A DNA stretch of 64,000 bases from Hypanus sabinus (taxonomy: Eukaryota): contig NC_082734.1 of assembly GCF_030144855.1 (NCBI RefSeq), forward strand, positions 16,802,001-16,866,000, in the 5' to 3' direction. A program made the translations under genes and the position numbers. This document shows positions 57,737 to 64,000 of the stretch, piece after piece; position 1 is the stretch's first letter, and each line of letters begins with the position of its first letter. Below the pieces are notes generated by a model. It searched no databases and was not told the DNA's origin. It saw nothing but the letters and a program-made list of their open reading frames with translations.

Positions 57737-60225
57737 ATGCTGGAGCAGCTTCAGAAGATCGACCAGCTAGGCCTGGCAGTGGACGAGGCGTTTTATTCGT
57801 GGACTACCAGGAGTTGTGAGAGGCTGAGGGCCATTCCCTCTGTCCGGCTGATGTTGAAGTGTTGCCGCTGCTTGTTGGCCTTCCTGGGGAGGGTGCTGTG
57901 CTTCAGGACGCTGGTGGCTTACTGGGGCTGGGCAACCAACTGGCTCAATGAATGGGTGGCAGAGTTCGAAGCCATAGCACATCTGGATTTGAAAATGCCG
58001 CTGGGGGTCCTGGAGATGAACAGGTAATGGACAAAGCGGCAGGGTGAAGTTTTATTGGTCAAAGAGCCGATTGCCCAGACCGAGGCAGAGGTGCCATCTT
58101 TCACTCAAACGTCCCGCAGTGCTACTTGTGAGAAGGCCAGGAATCCTAGGCCCATAGCACCAAAACAAAATGGCTTCATTTTATAACCTCACTGTTGGTG
58201 GACATTTGCTCTCTTTCCCCCTAACTGAGAGGAACTTTTTAAAAAAAAAACATTTTTTAATGTAGTCAAAAACTGCAGAGACCTATTGGGAGATTACTAT
58301 AAGTTTGGTTGGGGGAAGAGGGAGGGAGATTTCTCAGAAGGTGGAACTGGGCTCTATAAGGGTCGAGAGATAGCTCAGTGAGGCCAGAAATGAGGACGGT
58401 TACTGGGGAGGATTGTCGAGTGACCTGGCTAGAGAAATGGGAAAGGGTATCAAGAGAGTCACAGGGAGAATGGAAAGATAAGGAAAAAAGAATTGGCTGC
58501 AATTGAATAGGCGTGTATCCTCGATGGACTGAATGGCCTAATTCTGCTCCTAAGAGCAATGGGATGTGGATGGTAAGTTAGCGGGGTGACGTTGGAGAAG
58601 GGCCAGGTGGTGCTACAAGGCCAGTGTTGTAGTGGGGAGAGCGGGTGGGGTGTTGGAGATGTTTGAATTGGAGACAAAATGTTTTGGGGATATCTACTAC
58701 ACACCCTCTCCTTTTCCCCAAGCCCTTCGCCCCTCCCACTGCCCCCACTCCTTTGTAGCTCCTCTCCCCATCCAACCCCCCCCCCCCCCCACTTCCTCAC
58801 TGTCCTCTGTGCCGTGCACTGCTCAGCCCTCCGCTCTGTGTTTAGGAAAAGGTATAGCTACTATCGGAGCCTGCAGGATCAGATACTGCCACTTAACTGG
58901 GACCCGAGCACCCGCCTGAAGCAGGATCTAGCGGAGGCCATGGCCCTCAGGAAGTACCGCAATCATCTCCTCGACGTGCTGGAGTGGGCCAGCCAGTCTG
59001 CCGACAAACAGAGGTACACGGTGTCTGGCTCACAGCTGGGGCAGTCACAAAGCGACCATCCTTGCTGTTGCGGCGAGGCATCCGTTGCAAACCAACCCCC
59101 CCCCCCCCCCACCATCACCTGCTGCCGCAGCAGGATACAGGAGCGGAGGCCCTCACGTCCAGCTGGTGGGCAAAGACAAAGCTCTCCGAGATGTGTGTGG
59201 GGGTCAGTGAATCCCAGGATTGAGGGGGGGCTCTCTGAGTCCCCTCACAATGTCTTGTCTATCCCTTGGCCCAGGCTCATGTTATACCTAAGCAACATGC
59301 ACAAAATGCTGGAGCAACTCAGCAGTCCGGGCGGCATCTATGGAAAAGAGTGAACAGTTGACGTTTCGGGCTGAGACCCTTCAGCAGGACCGGAGGAGAA
59401 AAAGAGGAGAGGTGGGGGAGGAGAGGAAGAAGCAGAAGGTAGCAGGTGGTAGGTGAAACTGGGAGAGGGAGGGGTGAAGTAAAGAGCTGGGCAGTTGATT
59501 GGTGAGAGAGATACAGGGCTGGAGAAGGGGGAATCTGATAGGCGAAGCCATGGAAGAAAGAAAAGGGGGAGAGGAGTTCCAGACGCAATGGACAGGCAAG
59601 GAGAGAGGGAAAGGGGAATGGGAATGGTGAAGTGGGGGATTTACCGGAAATTTGAGAAAATCAATGTTCATGCCATTGGTTTGGTGGCTACCCAGATGGA
59701 ATATAAGGTGTTCCTCCAACCTGAGTGTGGCCTCATCACGACAGTGGAGACACGATCAGATTAAACACTATTCTGATTCCTATTCACAGGCTGTTAATAG
59801 CTGTGTGTGTTGAACTACAATTGCCCTGTCCCAGACTGGGATGTATACAGATGGGTGGGAGTAGGTTTGGGTCTGGCTGAATGACCCTCTGCTGATGTAA
59901 AATGGGCCTGGTCGATCAATCCCCACTGGTCCTGATGCTGCATTTCTACGGAGGGACGTTGGGGAGTGTTTTTGGGGCTTTGCTGGTGTGACTGGGGAGA
60001 GGAGAGTGGCTGCTTTTACAGCGGAGACCATCAGGGACTGCTGTTTATTGCAGGATCATAATTCAGGAGGGAGAGCTGGCCCGCAACCTCCAAGCAATGG
60101 AAGATCTTAAGAAGATCTGGAGACTCCTCATCAAAGAAGAGAAGCGACTGAGTGAGGAGCTGAAGAATTACCCAATGCAGAGTTTTATACAGGAAACCTC
60201 CAGCCCAGGCTCTCTGCCCGATTAG
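57737..60225 (+). CDS. Uncharacterised 3-exon protein-coding gene; join(57737..58023,58846..59013,60054..60225) = 627 nt, 208 aa
   Basis: gcaagATG Kozak. Both introns are GT-AG in phase 2 (AG|gtaatg...tttag|G; AG|gtacac...ttgcag|G). Open frame to TAG, with tandem AATAAA at 60258-60267. No family recognised. Confidence 0.65.
59295..59750 (-). mobile_element. Penelope-like element 3' fragment
   Basis: Minus-strand EEHLIFHLGSHQTNGMNIDF resembles the Penelope GIY-YIG C-terminus, with the associated terminal-repeat-like AAGGGTCTCAGCCCGAAACGTC segment. Confidence 0.7.
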
Positions 60226-62241
60226 CCTTTTGTCCCATCTGCAAGATTCTTATAAATAATAAATAAAAGCATTCAAAGAAAGATAAGTTGACAATTTGTT
60301 TTAATAGCCCAGTGGTTTCTTAGACTGCAGACAAAACGGGTTTTGGGGAGTTATTTCTGAACAGGCCTTGTTGGAAATGGTACTTCACTCAAAAAGGTAA
60401 ATAAAAATGTCACACGGCAACAATAGTTAAAAGTTGTGCTTGCGGAATGAAGGTTGCATGTAACGTTCAGACGTGGCACCAAATGGAGTGCACTGCCCTG
60501 GGAAGAGATGTTCACTTCATCTGCTGTTTCAGATGGAGTTGACAGCCCAAAGTAAGATGGGTGGCAGGGCAGGGAGTATGTGTGTATGTGTTTTGTGCTC
60601 TCACTGCATCCCCAATCCGATAACTGAACTCTCAACTGGCACCAGTGACAGCAGGTCATCTACTGTGTTTCAGTGGGTGGAACCTTCCTGTGCCTGGAGC
60701 ACTTGCCACTTTTCTGACAGAGCTATGCTGAGGTGAAAGGGGTTTTGAAGCGACAAGTGCTCTTATAGGCCATGTTTTTAGACCGCTTCTGCACTGCTCT
60801 ACACACGTTGAAAGTATGTTTATTATCGAAGTATATTTACAGTGTACAACCCTGAGATTCGTCTTCTTGCAGGCAGTCACAAAAGAAAGAAGCCCAATAG
60901 AACCCATCCAGAGAAAAACCCCACACGACAAGACCATCAAATAGCCAATGTGTGGGGGAAAAACTGAACACATCACGCGAACAATAGGAAGTCAACAAGT
61001 GGCATTAACTGCAGACGTTCCAACAGTGAATCCTCGGCTCTGTGCCGATGGCCACGGGCCACAGCTGCAGGGTCAGTTCAGCGCTGAGGCGGCCCGATCA
61101 ACTCACGCAAATAGTAAAGGAAGAAGTAGTTGACAAAATGCACAAGGAACATGAACTGCGGAGTCCACAATTGTGGAATGTGTTCTGCGCTGAGGTGGCC
61201 CAATGGTTGCATAAGAACGTAAGAAATAGGATCAGGAGTCGGCCATCTGGCCCATCGAGCCTGCTCCGCCATTCAATAAGATCATGGCTGTTCTGGCCAC
61301 GGACTCATCTCCCACCTACCTGCCTTTTCCCCATAACCCTTAATTCCCCTACTATGCAAAAATCTATCCAACCTTGTCTTAAACATATTTACTGAGGTGG
61401 CCTCCACTGCTTCATTGGGCAGAGAATTCCACAGGCATCAGCTGTTTCTGAACTCGACGGCTTGGGACCCAAGGCTTCTGCATCTTCCACCTGTGGGTAG
61501 AAGCTCGAGAGACCGGTCAATCCCAGGCAGACTGTTTGTTTACCGCTCGTCCTCAACAATTTCAACCTTGCTTGATACTTTCATTGGCTCGGAGCAATGG
61601 AGCCAACCATAGGTTCAAGTTCCACCATTAGGGATCAATAGAGAATCTCAACCATGCCCCACCCTCCCACCCCCAGGAGATCGCAGCAGTGGCAGATTGT
61701 TCAATTGGTTCAAAAATATATTAAGACCATAAGACAGGAGCAGAATTAGGCCATTCAGCCCATTGAATCTGCTCTTCCATTCCATCATGGCTGATCCTGG
61801 ATCCCACTCAACCCTTTCTGGCTTTATCCTTTGACGCCCTGACTTATTAGGAAACGGTCAACTTCCTCTTTAAATATACCCGCAATCTGTGACAGAGCAT
61901 TTCACAGATTTACTACTCTCTGGCTAAAAAATTTAATCTATTTTTATTGCTTACCCGCCTGCACTGTACCTCTTTAAATAATAACTCTGTTAACCCCGGC
62001 GCTTGTGATTGATGTAAATATTAACCAATAAATGAAGGGGAAATGACTCTCAGCAGCGGCAGAACTCGAAGTCAAATATCCACCAATTAGTGCAAAGAAG
62101 GGTGCAGATGACACATGATTGATGTAAATATTTACCAATCAGTACAAAGATGTGAAAACTTTACCCTGTTCTCATGAGGTACGCACCAATAACCTTCCAG
62201 TGGCCTCCCTCCGGCGGCGGACATTGCGCTTGAGTGAAATA

Positions 62242-62374
62242 ATGGCGGCGGCCGGCCGCGCCGTTGCGGCTTCGGGAAAGGTGGTGAAGCCGTTCCTGTC
62301 CCGGGACCAGAGCGAAGCCAGGCGGCGGGTGCGGGAGTTGTACCGGGCATGGTACCGAGAGGTGCCCAACACCA
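62242..62374 (+). CDS. NDUFA6: NADH dehydrogenase 1 alpha subcomplex subunit 6 (LYRM6), exon 1; gene continues beyond the window
   Basis: [44 protein letters not shown] with the LYR motif; A|gtaagg phase-1 donor; CpG-rich context. Confidence 0.93.
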
Positions 62375-64000
62375 GTAAGGAGCGGCGCTGCAGTGTGCAC
62401 GGGGGTCGGGTCAAGGTCGGCGGGCGGCCGGTTGCCTGGCTGCGAGTCCGGGGAACCGCGGCCTAGACTGCCTGGCTCTATCGCCGGGATCTGGGAGTGG
62501 TTGAGGGGAGAGCCCCAATGTGGTCACTGACTACCCGGTCTTTTGGTAGGAGATGCCCCAGGGAAGGTTAATACTGGCTAGTGACGTCCTGGAATTTAAG
62601 CATAAAAATATAAGTAGGAAGCAAGTCTACAGGCACAGCGAGTAATTGGAAAGGAATATTAACGGAGTACTAACACTTCCTTTAGCTTTTAGTCTCACTG
62701 GGATTGTCAGAGGGTGGAGAGGCTTTGTAGGCAAAATGGCTGGGTAGAAATTAGATAGGTTTATGATTGGTAAAGGGGGTTAAGAAGGTCAGAGAATGGA
62801 CTTTTAAAAAAACAAACATGACCGAATGGTGGAACAGACTCAATAGATGTGATGGCCTGAAACTGCTCCCATATCTTATGGTGTGATTCATTGTAAAACC
62901 AGAGAGGTTATGCAGACTGTGGATACTGGATTTTGGGGCAATGAACAATCTGTTGGAAGCAGTCAATGAGCAGAGAGGAATTGAAGTCCTCCTTCATGAT
63001 TTAGATCCAAAACATTGACAATTCCTGTCCTCCCTCAGATATTGCTCAACCCACTAACTTCTTCCAGCAAACTGTTTGTCAATCAGGAGGTTATGCTACT
63101 GTTATATAGGGTCTATAGGGTTATATAGGGTCTTGGTGATATCTTAATTCCAATAATCTCTTTGTAAAACCAAGTCTGTATTGAATGTACAATTACTGAG
63201 TTTTCTTGGGCAGAGATTTCAGAAGATTTCTAGACTCTGGGTAAGAAATTTCCTCTCGTCCCAGCCCTGCATGGCAAACCTCTGGTTTTGAGTCTGGTTC
63301 TAGACAGCTCAGCTAGCAGAAGCTTCATCCCCTGTCAGACCCTAAGATTTTAGAATCTGAGGGTTAATTCTCATTGTATTAGCAATGTTACTCCTATGTC
63401 TTATGGTCATTATCAGAATTGATCTTGAGGGTTATTGTACTCCTGAGCAGTATAGAAGTATACAGGTCCTCTCTAGGTTCCTGCAGGGTTTTGTTCATTT
63501 GAACCATTCATAACTTAATCAGTTCACAAATCACAAATCGGAAATACTGCCGTGAATGGAGTTCCCACGTCGCTGAGGTTTCCCGTAGCAGCTACTGTCT
63601 GATTGTTTATCAGTATAGGCTGTGCAAAAGATGGGTGTTTGTAAGCTGAGTCGGGATGTTCCAGATGTGATCGCAGGAACATCCCATAAAGTTGGAGCAA
63701 GACATCTCTACTGCGATAAATCCTCTTCACAGTCAAATTCAGTTTATTGTCATTCAACCATATATGCGTATACCACCAAATGAAACAATGTTCCTCCAAA
63801 CCAAGGTGTGCAAGACAGTGGATGTAATTCACACACAATGTAATAATGCCTCAAATAAAGTAACAAATAATGTGTATATACTATGCACGTAATAAACAGT
63901 GTAATGCTTACCTGCCGATCACCTCCCTCTGGTGGTGCTCATCCTTTTCTTTTTTCCATGGCCTTCTGTCCTCTCCTATCAGACTCACCCCCTTGTATCT

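Overview
Vertebrate genomic DNA, most likely from a cartilaginous fish and probably a ray. That assignment is inferred from the CR1/Rex1/Penelope/Tc1/Tigger and tRNA-SINE repeat landscape. All genes are on the + strand. (1) A heme oxygenase-1 (HMOX1) locus at 10431-18249 with exons 2-4 duplicated in tandem. There is one 5' coding exon and one transmembrane-tail exon, and the truncated first exon 4 ends in a phase-2 donor that joins the second exon 2 in frame. The parsimonious model is a single 511-aa protein with two intact heme-oxygenase domains and one ER anchor; alternative processing could also give a soluble 231-aa or canonical 285-aa form. The exon-3 copies are about 99% identical while the exon-2 copies differ at about 19% of nucleotides, mostly silently, which points to an old duplication plus recent gene conversion. 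(2) A complete MCM5 gene (16 coding exons, 734 aa) with an E2F/CCAAT promoter. (3) An unrecognised 3-exon, 208-aa gene at 57737-60225. (4) The first exon of NDUFA6. Upstream of HMOX1 there is a 7-unit minisatellite built from ARE/E-box-like motifs and a cluster of MRE cores. Exon coordinates were read by hand from splice signals and phase continuity; repeat boundaries are approximate.
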